64,000 nucleotides of DNA from Macrostomum hystrix (Eukaryota; Animalia; Platyhelminthes), in the NCBI GenBank assembly GCA_950097015.1, contig CATNEN010000038.1, positions 25,730,001 to 25,794,000 on the forward strand, in the 5' to 3' direction. The notes below the pieces were generated by a model, which was given only the letters and a program-made list of their open reading frames with translations, ran no database searches and was not told the origin of the DNA. The position numbers and the translations under genes are program-made. Positions within the stretch are counted from its first letter, which is position 1. The number at the start of each line of letters is the position of its first letter. Of the stretch, positions 40,460 through 54,200 are shown one piece after another.

Positions 40460-41225
40460 ATGCAGCTGCTGAGCTCGCTGACTGTTTGCCTGTGCAGGTC
40501 CGGAGACACCTGGACTCAGATGCAGGTGCAGTGCTTGACCAATGCCACCCCAGTCCACAGCAACAGAGCATTCACTGAGCAGCACTGCTCAATGCTGGCC
40601 TCTGATGCTCACAAACGTGTGGCTCGGAGACGACATGACCAGATTGGAGAATGTGCTGTGCCAGGCTGACGAAGAGACGAACCGCTTCTATCCGATCGGC
40701 GTCCAGTGGACAGACGATGGCGCCGCGTTCGATGGGAGCAGCTCGTATATGGCGCTGAACAAGAGCGACATCGCGTTCGGCTACGGCGTCACTGTGCTGC
40801 TGCGGATGAAGAGAACGCCTCAGGTGCAGGCGCTTCTGAGTCCTTCAATTGTTCAAACTTTCTAAAAGGACATCATAGAGATCACTTTTGGGAGCACGAT
40901 ACAGTTTCAAAGCTTTTCATAGTCATAAAAACGCAAGCCAGTGCCCCCAGGATTTATCAGACGGCAAAGGCCAATCTGACACAGGATTACAGCGAGTGGG
41001 GTAAATATTAGCTTCAAATGGACGCCATCTGCTAACGTGTTTATATTCGTTGGTGAGTTGGCGACACGCATTTGCAGTACGAGAAAGTTACTGAGAAGTC
41101 TGGTTTCGGTTCTGTAAACGACACAACTGCTTTCAGTTGTTCGAATACTTGACGAAATATAGTCAGAGCCATCGCTTTTGGCAACATCTCTATGTCGGAA
41201 AGTGAGATTCGGAATTTCTCACTGT
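40460..41225 (+). pseudogene. Decayed tandem paralog of the PAN-like + LamG gene at 42505-43470
   Basis: GDTWTQMQVQC, LTNVWLGDDMT..LCQADE..GAAFDGSSSYMALN..TVLLRMKRTPQVQA, HFWEH..KTQA and RAIAFGN..MSESEIRNF occur in shifting frames. There is a large internal deletion near 40603 and an in-frame stop at 41009-41011. Confidence 0.85.
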
Positions 41226-42504
41226 GTTTTTTCAGAACGCTTTCTGTGGAAGACTTTCAATTAATTAAACATTGAATAGCATACTCGTATTAAACTAGGA
41301 AAATAGTATATTTTCAAAGTCAAATCATTCTAGTTAGTTATATAATTGAGAAACTGAAACTATAAACTTAGGACACGAAGTATTTTGTCAATAAGTTTTC
41401 AATTGCTATTACGCAACATAAGTACCCATATCGGCGGTACAAGAAAATCAAATGCATAAACGGTACAGGAAACACCTATAGGCCTTGCAAAGAGCAAAAA
41501 AATCTGCGATGCATGAAAAGTTTCCAAAATGCTGCAGAGGCGTAAAATCTAACTATGGCCGTAACGACTACCAATAACTCAACAACAGTGCACAAGAGCT
41601 ACCTGCCAATTAAAACTGGTAGTTTGCGCTAGCAACCACAGATGGCTATAAAGTCCTCTGGGTTGACTGTTGCCTTCCAACTTGCTGGGCTCTTGCTTGC
41701 TGTTGAGGATAAATAAGCAAATGCATCGTTCTAAAAGAGCTCATTAAATTGGCGAGTCATAGCAGGCCAATTAGTAACGCATGTATAGCGGAGAAACAGC
41801 TCTAAAATCTTCGTCGACTAGTGACTCTCAACGACTGTCAGCCCGCCTTCGTTTTGGGCTCTTTCCCAAAAACAGTCTAACGTCTATCGCATAATTAGGA
41901 ATTATTCATTAGCATTGTATTTCCTCAGACTTGTGCTTGCAAGTAAAGTCTCGTAAAAAGCAAACAATTTTCACTGTGTGAGCAGCCTCTTGAAGTGAAC
42001 TCAGGAGTTCTTGGATCTACTTGCCATGTATGAAATGAAGGCATGCCACGGTGGGCAAAATACTTGCACATGCAGTATCTCGCCTAACGCCTAATGCAAC
42101 CAATCAGAATCAAGCTAACTTGTTGTTGTTATAGTGGCTATATTTTAAGCACGCGGTATAGAGAAAGCAAAGCTTTTGATTTTTTATCAAAGCTTAATAG
42201 CCTAAAAATATTTTAAAGCTTAAAAATTTCAAAAAGAAAATCTGGTGAGCATCAAGTCGGCTGGTAAGCACTTCGCTGACGTCATTTCATGCCGAGCTGG
42301 ACACAGAATACTAGCTTGTATCTTTGATTTGGGGCAGTAACACCAGAGCGTCGATGGAAATTTCTGGGCTTTGTTCATCCGATGGTGGGGGAGCTTTGGT
42401 CATTCCATTGTTAGGGACGTTGGTCATGGGTGCTGTTTTGACGAACAATGCTATATATGCCATACCAAAAACAATTTTTGCTTATCAAACGACCACCAGG
42501 AAGG

Positions 42505-43470
42505 ATGATTACAGCTCTGCACCTGTTAAGCTTGCTGGCCATTTGCCATCGCGGACTCGGAGACACCTGGACTCAGATGCAGGTGCAATGTGTCCCTGAC
42601 ACCACGGCTCTGTACAAACTGCAGACAAGCAGCGAAATTCAATGCACCGTTGAAGCATCGAACAAGGAGAGACTGGGTCTCCTGGTGATACAATTCAGAA
42701 CAGACCTTCAGCAATGCAGCATCTTCCGCTACCAGTCCGTGTGTCGCCAGCTTCTCTCCGGTGTGAGCAGCGACTGCCGAGTGCTCATCCGATTCCCCAT
42801 AAAGTACTCGGCATCGGCGCTAGCCAAGTTGACGAACGTTTGGGTCGGAGACGAGATGACCAACTTTGGAAACCTGCTGTGTCAGACTGATGAAACAGTC
42901 AACCGCATCTACCCCAAGAGTGTCCAGTGGTCTGAGGACGGCGCTGTCTTCGATGGTGTCAACTCGTATTTGGCAATGAACTACAGCGACATCACTTTCA
43001 ATACTGGCTTGACAGTACTTCTCAGGATCAAGCGCGTGCCACAGGTGCAAGCCTTTGTTGAATTTATGTCCTGCGTCAGCGTATCATCATCCCTTAATAA
43101 TCACTTTTGGGAGCACGAGGTCCCCAACCGACCCTACGTCTTTGCAAAGACACAGGCCAATATGGGTCCGAGGAGTTTCATTTCAACTAACACTCCAATG
43201 TCCACGGATCCTAACGAATGGATCGACTTGGGTTTCACATCGACTCCCGCAGGCGACTCGTGGGGATTGTTTCTAGGAAATGCCTTCCTGGCCCCATCAA
43301 CTATGACTGTCACACCTCAAGTCGATTATTCGTTTCTCGCTCCAGTCTGTTTCCAGTTTGGCAAGCGCAACGGTGATGGTAGAATCTTCAGAGGAACGCT
43401 GAGAGCCTTAGCCATGGGAAACAGCCTCATGACGGAGTCTGAGATTCGCGACTTCTTTGCACTGCTGTAG
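42505..43470 (+). CDS. Secreted PAN/apple-like + LamG/pentraxin (ConA-like) domain protein, intronless, 321 aa
   Basis: Signal peptide MITALHLLSLLAICHRGLG. PAN-like Cys spacing (S.IQC..IQF....QQCSIF). LamG-like GAVFDGVNSYLAM..TVLLRIK..NEWIDLGFT..FQFG..FRGTLRALAMGNSLMTESEIRDF. Confidence 0.85.
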   Translation: MITALHLLSLLAICHRGLGDTWTQMQVQCVPDTTALYKLQTSSEIQCTVEASNKERLGLLVIQFRTDLQQCSIFRYQSVCRQLLSGVSSDCRVLIRFPIKYSASALAKLTNVWVGDEMTNFGNLLCQTDETVNRIYPKSVQWSEDGAVFDGVNSYLAMNYSDITFNTGLTVLLRIKRVPQVQAFVEFMSCVSVSSSLNNHFWEHEVPNRPYVFAKTQANMGPRSFISTNTPMSTDPNEWIDLGFTSTPAGDSWGLFLGNAFLAPSTMTVTPQVDYSFLAPVCFQFGKRNGDGRIFRGTLRALAMGNSLMTESEIRDFFALL

Positions 43471-44235
43471 ACAGAATCGTAGATTATTAAAACTTCGGCC
43501 ATGACCTTGTGTTAATTGTACAAGTATATATCTTGATGTATTTGCTGGATGTATACCAGATTTGCGATCATTGTCGATTTCTACAAATATTTCAAAAGTA
43601 ATCATATGAATTGATTGGTTACGCTAAAAATACGCAAATAAATGGTACTTAAAAGTATTTCTAAAGCACTGCTAATTAGCAAATACAGAAACACATGAGC
43701 TCCAGCTATAAAATATAGACGATTCGTTTTGTTCTTCTAGTTTAACAATTCGAAAGGCAGTTTTTTCTTTCAGTTCGCTCCGATAGTTCTATTTTGAGAA
43801 GCCACGAATTAATTCGTTGTTGTACGTATATTTGGGACAACCAGACGTCACGCCGTCACACTGACGTCAGTACTTGCTGGCTATTAAAATTTGCTTTATT
43901 GGCTGAAAAAAACAAAAGAGACGGATGCCTAGATACCTGCAGTTGTCTCTCAGTTTGCAAGCGTGAATTAATAATTAATGCTAGGGTGGATAGAAATATA
44001 AGACTACAATATGACTATGCTTATAGCCATAAACAATAAGCAGGTAGTACTGCAAAACATTCGTTAGGGATTTTTCCAATGCAGCCTTTTTTATTTGCTA
44101 ACTATAATTAGGGAATTTTTGCTGCAAAAAAAGCATGACAAATTTTTAAAGGCTATAACGAAGCCACATGAAGGCCGGTTTTGTTTAAAAAAATTGCTTA
44201 GCTTATTTTGTCTTATAGCAACGCTAATGGTCTAT

Positions 44236-44270
44236 GCCCCGGACACCACGGCCCTATACAAGCTGCAGAG
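44236..44270 (+). pseudogene. Small remnant of a third PAN-LamG copy
   Basis: ccggacaccacggccctatacaagctgcag (PDTTALYKLQ) matches 42595-42624, with synonymous changes only. Confidence 0.55.
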
Positions 44271-44442
44271 AGGACAGCGCTAAGGATAGCCTATTACTCT
44301 AACACCAGGCCCAGGACGGGTCTGACAAATATTCCAAAGCATTTTACATTTTCAGCAAAATTAAAGACCAAAAATTTGTGCTATAGAACTTTTTCTGATA
44401 GGGTAATATCCGCGAATGACATACTCACCAAAATAAAAATAT

Positions 44443-44750
44443 TTATTATTATTACAGGAGATCTGCGGGCAATGGTACATCATTTGGTGATTGCCCATTT
44501 CGCTGACTCCTGAGCACACACGCACACAGATACCGTATGCAGGCACACGCTCACACAGGTGTGTACATCCGCCCTGACTTTCTCATTGTCAGGCAGTGAA
44601 CACTCTCGCTGTGCCTATAGAGGTTGGCCCTCAAGGGGTGAAAATTGCACGACAAGCCCCCCAAGCCTTCTCTCCGCGGCTGCGCCCCCAATTCAATGTG
44701 GCCTCGCCGCGGAATCGAGCTCAGTGACATTGGCACGAGAAGCAAATTCA
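44443..44750 (-). mobile_element. SINE family A, partial
   Basis: Shared body and tail; the head is truncated. Confidence 0.85.
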
Positions 44751-45679
44751 TTTTAAAGGATGATAAAACATAAAAAGACGCTCTTAATTGTCGAATAAGA
44801 GTATAGAATCTGAACTGTACTGCATCCACCTGTTGGCTTTGTATAGTTCGGTTTATTTTCCAAAAACGAATGTCATTTTAATTAAGATTGATATATAGTT
44901 TTGAAGTACTAAAAATAAAATCCTTATCGAATAGACTGTTACTATTTTATAAATTTATAGATAATGTGTGCTAAATATTTAGAATATTGAAACCAGAACT
45001 TAAATGACGTGCCAAGAATACCATTTCTAAAAATGGATTGCAGAGTACGCGAATATATGAGCAATAAACTTTGCGAAGGCACACAGTTTTATCAGTCATG
45101 TAAATTTAAGGACACACGTGTAACTTGTACACGCAAATGTAATTAAAGTACATTGCAATATTACGATAAAAAGTACACGCTAAGTTGAAACGAAGACAAA
45201 ATGTCATTACGCAAAAAGCGATTGATGCGTACTTTAATGCCCACAAAAAGATTTGTTTTACAAAAAGGCCACGTCACTGAGTAAGGTGACGGTATTGACG
45301 GAATAACAGATTGAAGCAATACCTAAAATATGAGTTAACTTGAAAATAATAGCCTAGCACTAGTCATGATATCATAATGCACAAAGAAGATAGACGATAT
45401 CTGCAACATAGGACTGGTCCGAATATAACAGACTTTGTTTGCGAGACCACCAGTTTATAGACAGTCAGCGACAGGTAAACAAGCTTCAGCTAAAATGTAG
45501 AGAATTTATTCAGCCAGTCAGCCTATATTGTGTCTCGAGTTTCTAGACTCAGGGCCCCATGACATAGCTAATAAACAGGTATAAAAATATCCGAAACCAA
45601 GCAGAATGTCAAAACAGCTTTATCGGAAAGTGGATGGACAAATAAATATTTTGTTTTACCCGGTTTGGACAGATGAACA

Positions 45680-45922
45680 GTCAGATTTACAGCCAGATAA
45701 ACATTCAGATGTACAGCCAGATGTACAGCCAGATGTACAGCCAGATGTACAGCCAGATGTACAGCCAGATGTACAGTCAGATGTACAGCCAGATGTACAG
45801 CCAGATGTACAGCCAGATGTACAGCCAGATGTACAGCCAGATGTACAGCCAGATGTACAGCCAGATGTACAGCCAGATGTACAGCCAGATGTGCAGTCAG
45901 ATGTACAGCCAGATGTACAGCC
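45680..45922. repeat. 12-bp minisatellite (CAGCCAGATGTA)
   Basis: Direct periodicity. Confidence 0.95.
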
Positions 45923-46789
45923 ACAGCTGCTGCGCTGCGAACTTAATTAGGCTATGTACAGCTGGTCAGTCCATGGGCTCGAAGAGGTTAGCCACCCAGT
46001 CCGCGGACTGAAAGGCTGTACACAACTTTTCAAGTCATCTTTTAAAGAAGGCATAATTAAATGTTGTCAAATTTCAGTATTTTTCCAGAAATGAATCTGT
46101 CATCTGCCATCTGTCAAAGTTGACATGGGTTCATTGAAAAATGATGACAAAAGTATTTTTAATTCGATTAAAAAGCCGAATCGGACATTGGAATACATGT
46201 GGCACATTTCTAAATCTTAGAAGCCATTTCAGAAGCAAAAATTGTAACAAAAAACTTTGAAAAAGCAGTTCTTAAACAAAAACAAAAAAATAGAAAGCAT
46301 TAAAACACAAGTCATGAAAAAATGTAGAGGTTGGAATGTAATTTACCATTTAGTAATGAATACAGCATTGATAGCCTTAATTTTCCGAAACATCACTTTT
46401 ACTTTCTAGCCCTGATCAATAACAATATTATAGAAACAATAAAAATAATGGCAATTTAAAGGAAATGGACAGAAAAAATGCGAGAATATTGAAAAATATA
46501 GAGTCATAGAGTCATAGAGTCATGGTCACAGTCTTAGTCATCTGCTTAGTCATGATTTACAAGTTGTCAAACTGAGAAAACTGCTTTAATGTTATACCAA
46601 TAAAAATGTAACATGATATTACTAATTATATATGAGATTACTTTATTAGTGACAATTTTTTACGAAATTATTACACTTCATAATATAACATTCCCACAGA
46701 GCTAAGGTCTGGGCCAAAATTGAATTGGAAATTTTGTATTGAATTTAATAAGTAATATCAACGAATGATATTACTTATTAAATTAAAAT

Positions 46790-48105
46790 GTCTATGGAAG
46801 CTTGGAGTAGTCTATGGAAGCTTGGAGTAGTCTATGGAAGCTTCGAATAGTCTATAGAAGCTTGGAGTAGTCTATGGAAGCTTGGAGTAGTCTATGGAAG
46901 CTTGGAGTAGTCTATGGAAGCTTGGAGTAGTCTATGGAAGCTTGGAGTAGTCTATGGAAGCTTGGAATAGTCTATGGAAGCTTGGAGTAGTCTATGGAAG
47001 CTTGGAATAGTCTATGGAAGCTTGGAGTAGTCTATGGAAGCTTGGAATAGTCTATGGAAGCTTGGAGTAGTCTATGGAAGCTTGGAGTAGTCTATGGAAG
47101 CTTGGAGTAGTCTATAGAAGCTTGGAGTAGTCTATGGAAGCTTGGAATAGTCTATGGAAGCTTGGAGTAGTCTATGGAAGCTTGGAATAGTCTATGGAAG
47201 CTTGGAGTAGTCTATGGAAGCTTGGAGTAGTCTATGGAAGCTTGGAGTAGTCTATGGAAGCTTGGAATAGTCTATGGAAGCTTGGAGTAGTCTATGGAAG
47301 CTTGGAATAGTCTATGGAAGCTTGGAATAGTCTATGGGAGCTTGGAATAGTCTATGGAAGCTTGGAATAGTCTATGGGAGCTTGGAATAGTCTATGGAAG
47401 CTTGGAATAGTCTATGGAAGCTTGGAGTAGTCTATGGAAGCTTGGAGTAGTCTATGGAAGCTTGGAGTAGTCTATGGAAGCTTGGAGTAGTCTATGGAAG
47501 CTTGGAGTAGTCTATGGAAGCTTGGAGTAGTCTATGGAAGCTTGGAGTAGTCTATAGAAGCTTGGAGTAGTCTATGGAAGCTTGGAGTAGTCTATAGAAG
47601 CTTGGAGTAGTCTATGGAAGCTTGGAGTAGTCTATAGAAGCTTGGAATAGTCTATGGAAGCTTGGAATAGTCTATGGAAGCTTGAAATAGTATAAGGAAG
47701 CTTGGAATAGTCTATAGAAGCTTGAAATAGTCTATCGAAGCTTCGAATAGTCTATGGAAGCATCGAATAGTCTATGGAAGCTTCGAATAGTCTATGGGAG
47801 CTTGGAATAGTCCATGGAAGCTTGAAATAGTCTATCGAAGCTTCGAATAGTCTATGGGAGCTTGGAATAGTCTATGGAAGCTTGAAACAGTCTATCGAAG
47901 CTTCGAATAGTCTATGGGAGCTTGGAATAGTCCATGGAAGCTTGGAATAGTCTATGGAAGCTTGGAATAGTCTATCGAAGCTTCGAATAGTCTATGGGAG
48001 CTTGGAATAGTCCTTGGAAGCTTGGAATAGTCTATGGAAGCTTGAAATAGTCTATCGAAGCTTCGAATAGTCTATGGGAGCTTGGAATAGTCCATGGAAG
48101 CTTGG
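46790..48105. repeat. 20-bp minisatellite (GTCTATGGAAGCTTGGA(G/A)TA)
   Basis: About 66 units in exact register, just 3' of the OATP stop codon. Confidence 0.97.
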
Positions 48106-48211
48106 GGTCGCCAATGGAAATGATGAGTAGCAAGTAATGCGGTGCTATTAAAATATGCAATAAGCCAGCATTTCCATTAGTTGTTCAGGCTGTAATGAAT
48201 ATTTTACCCAG

Positions 48212-51200
48212 CTAAGCAGTTTGAGAATGCACAATAGGCCGGCTATTGTAAACGCTTTGATTGTCGGTGTCAACAGCGGCCGTAGCAACAACCGGTTCGG
48301 TTGAATTAGAAAAATCCACATTGGCCAGATCAACAGCACGGCTGGCCCTACTAACCAGAAAGCAAGCGGTTGCAAATAGGAAGCCGACAATCTTCAGCGC
48401 CAGAATGACCCCAATCCACATGTAAGGCAGTTTAGTTAGATCATATTCCATGCAAGCAGACTCAGCATTGCTACAGGCCGAATCAGACGATCGCATCAAA
48501 CAATTGGAATCGAATAGTGCTCCAAAATAGATTGGCGCCGGTATGAATGCCAGAAGGCGTTGTAGAATGTTCTGTATGCCCAGAGCGAAACTGCTATCCG
48601 CTTCAGATACGCAGGACAGGGTTAGGATATGGCTTGGCTCATAACCAGTTGCAGTTAATAGTACAATGATAAACAAAAGTGCGCAGAATGGGGCGAATGT
48701 ATAACAGGCGGCCGCACATTTGCCGCTTGTGACGTAACCGCCTGACAGGCTAGAGTTCGTTGCCATGGAAACGCAGGCGCAATTTGAGAAATTCCAAGAA
48801 CTGCTGCTTGACGAGTCGATGGCTTGCTTTGATTGACAGCCGGCGTGACACGGAGTGAAGTAGGTTGTTCCCGTCAGCTGCGTAAATTGGCGAAAACATA
48901 ACAATACTGAATCCACAATGCCTAACAGCTTTTTCAAGTGTCTAACAGCTACCTACAGTGTGTAACTGCTACCTACAGTGTCTAACAGTTATCTACAGTG
49001 TCTAACAGTTATCTACAGTGTCTAACAGTTATCTACAGTGTCTAACAGCTATCTACAGTGTCTAACAGCTACCTACAGTGTCTAACAGTTATCTACAGTG
49101 TCTAACAGTTATCTACAGTGTCTATCAGCTATCTACAGTGTCTAACAGCTACCTACAGTGTCTAACAGTTATCTACAGTGTCTAACAGTTATCTACAGTG
49201 TCTAACAGCTATCTACAGTGTCTAACAGCTATCTACAGTGTCGAACAGATATCTACAGTGTCTAACAGATATCTACAGTGTCGAACATATATCTACAGTG
49301 TCTAACAGCTATCTACAGTGTCGAACAGCTATCTACAGTGTCTAACAGTTATCTACAGTGTCTAACAGCTATCTACAGTGTCTAACTGCTACCTACAGTG
49401 TCTAACAGATATCTACAGTGTCTAACAGCCATCCCCAATGCCTAACAGCCATCCCCAATGTCTAACAGCCATCCCCAATGCCTAACAGCCATCCCCAATG
49501 CCTAACAGCCATCCCCAATGCCTAACAGCCATCCCCAATGTCTAACAGCCATCCCCAATGCCTAACAGCCATCCCCAATGCCTAACAGCCATCCCCAATG
49601 CCTAACAGCCATCCCCAATGTCTAACAGCCATCCCCAATGTCTAACAGCCATCCCCAATGTCTAACAGCCATCCCCAATCTCTAACAGCCATCCCCAATG
49701 CCTAACAGCCATCCCCAATGCCTAACAGCCATCCGCAATGTCTAACAGCCATCCCCAATGCCTAACAGCCATCCCCAATGCCTAACAGCCATCCCCAATG
49801 CCTAACAGCCATCCCCAATGCCTAACAGCCATCCCCAATGCCTAACAGCCATCCCCAATGCCTAACAGCCATCCCCAATGCCTAACAGCCATCCCCAATG
49901 CCTAACAGCCATCCCCAATGCCTAACAGCCATCCCCAATGCCTAACAGCCATCCCCAATGCCTAACAGCCATCCCCAATGCCTAACAGCCATCCCCAATG
50001 CCTAACAGCCATCCCCAATGCCTAACAGCCATCCCCAACGCTAACAGCCATCCACAATGTCTAACAGCCATCCCCAATGCCTAACAGCCATCCCAAATGC
50101 CTAACAGCCATCCCCAATGCCTAACAGCCATCCCCAATGTCTAACAGCCATCCCCAATGTCTAACAGCTATCCCCAATGCCTAACAGCTATCCCCAATGC
50201 CTAACAGCCATCCCAAATGCCTAACAGCCATCCCCAATGTCTAACAGCCATCCCCAATGTCTAACAGCCATCCCCAATGTCTAACAGCCATCCCCAATGT
50301 CTAACAGCCATCCCCAATGCCTAACAGCCATCCCCAATGTCTAACAGCCATCCCCAATGTCTAACAGCCATCCACAATGCCTAACAGCCATCCCCAATGC
50401 CTAACAGCCATCCCCAATGTCTAACAGCCATCCCCAATGTCTAGCAGCCATCCCCAACGCTAACAGCCATCCACAATGTCTAACAGCCATCCCCAATGTC
50501 TAACAGCCATCCCCAATGTCTAACAGCCATCCCCAATGTCTAGCAGCCATCCCCAATGTCTAACAGCCATCCCCAATGCCTAACAGCCATCCCCAATGTC
50601 TAACAGCCATCCCCAATGCCTAACAGCCATCCCCAATGCCTAACAGCCATCCCCAATGTCTAACAGCCATCCCCAATGTCTAGCAGCCATCCCCAATGTC
50701 TAACAGCCATCCCCAATGCCTAACAGCCATCCCCAATGCCTAACAGCCATCCCCAATGTCTAACAGCCATCCCCAATGTCTAGCAGCCATCCCCAACGCT
50801 AACAGCCATCCACAATGTCTAACAGCCATCCCCAATGTCTAACAGCCATCCCCAATGTCTAACAGCCATCCCCAATGTCTAACAGCCATCCCCAATGTCT
50901 AACAGCCATCCCCAATGCCTAACAGCCATCCCCAATGTCTAACAGCCATCCCCAATGCCTAACAGCCATCCCCAATGCCTAACAGCCATCCCCAATGTCT
51001 AACAGCCATCCCCAATGTCTAGCAGCCATCCCCAACGCTAACAGCCATCCCCAACGCTAACAGCCATCCACAATGTCTAACAGCCATCCCCAACGCTAAC
51101 AGCCATCCACAATGTCTAACAGCCATCCCCAATGCCTAACAGCCATCCACAATGTCTAACAGCCATCCCAAATGCAGAACAGCCATCCACAATGTCTAAC

Positions 51201-54200
51201 AGCCATCCCCAATGCCTAACAGCCATCCCCAATGCCTAACAGCCATCCCCAATGCCTAACAGCCATCCCCAATGCATAACAGCCATCCCCAATGCATAAC
51301 AGCCATCCCCAATGCCTAACAGCCATCCCCAATGCCTAACAGCCATCCGCAATGTCTAACAGCCATCCCCAATGCCTAACAGCCATCCCCAATGCCTAAC
51401 AGCCATCCCCAATGCCTAACAGCCATCCCCAGTGCCTAACAGCCATCCCCAATGCCTAACAGCCATCCCCAATGCCTAACAGCCATCCCCAATGCCTAAC
51501 AGCCATCCCCAATGCCTAACAGCCATCCCCAATGCCTAACAGCCATCCCCAATGCCTAACAGCCATCCGCCATGTCTAACAGCCATCCCCAATGCCTAAC
51601 AGCCATCCCCAATGCCTAACAGCCATCCCCAATGCCTAACAGCCATCCCCAATGCCTAACAGCCATCCCCAATGCCTAACAGCCATCCCCAATGCCTAAC
51701 AGCCATCCGCAATGTCTAACAGCCATCCCCAATGCCTAACAGCCATCCCCAATGCCTAACAGCCATCCCCAATGCCTAACAGCCATCCCCAATGCCTAAC
51801 AGCCATCCCCAATGCCTAACAGCCATCCCCAATGCCTAACAGCCATCCCCAATGCCTAACAGCCATCCCCAATGTCTAACAGCCATCCCCAATGCCTAAC
51901 AGCCATCCCCAATGCCTAACAGCCATCCCCAATGTCTAACAGCCATCCCCAATGTCTAACAGCCATCCCCAATGCCTAACAGCCATCCCCAATGCCTAAC
52001 AGCCATCCCCAATGTCTAACAGCCATCCCCAATGCCTAACAGCCAACCCCAACGCTAACAGCCATCCACAATGTCTAACAGCCATCCCCAATGCCTAACA
52101 GCCAACCCCAACGCTAACAGCCATCCACAATGTCTAACAGCCATCCCCAACGCTAACAGCCATCCACAATGTCTAACAGCCATCCACAATGTCTAACAGC
52201 CATCCCCAACGCTAACAGCCATCCACAATGTCTAACAGCCATCCACAATGTCTTACAGCCCACTAACCGGATCGCAAACTGGGTCATAGCTGAGACTGCC
52301 ACAGTTGCAGGCGGCATTGCAGCTGACATTGAGTTGAATTTGTCCAGCGGTTGTCGAAAAAGCGCCGCTAGCTGTAGCAACGCCATAGTTAGCATTGAGT
52401 CCGGCCATGCTCACGTTTGGACAGGTGCAAAATGCCAATCCGATGGTTAGCAAAGTTGTGGAAGCGCAGAGGCCCATCATGAGTAAGCTAACAGTTTTGT
52501 TGCTGGGCCGAAACCGCCGCATGATAATTGCTCCTGTTCCAATGCCGATTACCGCGCTGGGAATCACCAGGGCACCTAAGTGAAAAACAGAGGAAATTTA
52601 TCTCACCTGGTCTGTGATCTTATCTCACCTGGTCTGTGATCTTATCTCACCTGGTCTGTGATCCTATCTAACCTGGTCTGTGATCTTATCTCACCTGGTC
52701 TGTGATCTTATCTAACCTGGTCTGTGATCTTATCTAACCTGGTCTGTGATCCTATCTAACCTGGTCTGTGATCTTATCTCACCTGGTCTGTGATCTTATC
52801 TAACCTGGTCTGTGATCTTATATAACCTGGTCTGTGATCCTATCTAACCTGGTCTGTGATCTTATCTCACCTGGTCTGTGATCTTATCTAACCTGGTCTG
52901 TGATCTTATCTCACCTGGTCTGTGATCTTATCTAACCTGGTCTGTGATATTATCTAACCTGGTCTGTGATCCTATCTAACCTGGTCTGTGATCTTATCTC
53001 ACCTGGTCTGTGATCTTATCTAACCTGGTCTGTGATCTTATCTAACCTGGTCTGTGATCTTATCTAACCTGGTCTGTGATCTTATCTAACCTGGTCTGTG
53101 ATCTTATATAACCTGGTCTGTGATCTTATCTAACCTGGTCTGTGATCTTATATAACCTGGTCTGTGATCTTATATAACCTGGTCTGTGATCTTATATAAC
53201 CTGGTCTGTGATCTTATATAACCTGGTCTGTGATCTTATCTAACCTGGTCTGTGATCTTATATAACCTGGTCTGTGATCTTATATAACCTGGTCTGTGAT
53301 CTTATATAACCTGGTCTGTGATCTTATCTCACCTGGTCTGTGACCTTATCTAACCTGGTCTGTGATCTTATCTCACCTGGTCTGTGACCTTATCTCACCT
53401 GGTCTGTGATCTAATCTCATAAATTCACGTGAAAACAAACTCGCGCACTAACCAGTAATGATGCTAGATTGTGTCACAGGAATGCCAAACGACTTCTGCA
53501 TGTATTTGTTGACATAGGCAACAAAGGCTTGCACAACAGATTGCTCGGCAACAATCAGCAGGCTAATGAATAGCCACAGGGCGTTGGCAAATAGTCGTTT
53601 CAAACCGGCCGGAATGTCCCGTATGTGCGGCTTCTCAGGCGCATTAGAGTTAGCCGATGACAGAGTCTGTTCAACTGACGAAGCGTCTTCAAGTTCCGAC
53701 AGCATGGCTGCGTCACTGTTTGCTGTGGATGCGTTTCGCTTTAAATTCTCCTCTAAGGACGTTGTTGACCGATCAGGATTCTGTTTTTGCTGTTGCTGCT
53801 GCTGCTGCTGCTGTTGCTGTATTTTCTTAGCCGCAGTTCTTGGCATAACTGTGGGAAATGCCAACAATGGCAGGGCTACTAGAATGGCTAATCCGGCAAA
53901 GATGATGAAGCCAAGCCACCATGCTCCGGTCCACAATGGATGGCTGGTTGTCATCCCCTCCGGTGCGGCGCTAGGAAAGTTCACGTAGAGCGATAAAAAC
54001 ACAGCACCGCCTAAGAAGCCGCAAGCTGGTCCCAATGCGCTGGTGATGTGAAGAGAAGCCGCGTACAATGGATAGCTCTTCTGGGGCACATTGTCCCACA
54101 GGTAGGTTGGTGCCAAGATGTACACAGGACTAGCGCCCAAACCAATCAGGCCGAAGCTAAGGCAGAGTATTACTAGGGCAGAATTTTGAACTAGACAATT

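Noticed and set aside
45568-46011. (DVQP)n, (SQMY)n and (LAVH)n ORFs
   Set aside because: 12-bp minisatellite with no splice or domain context.
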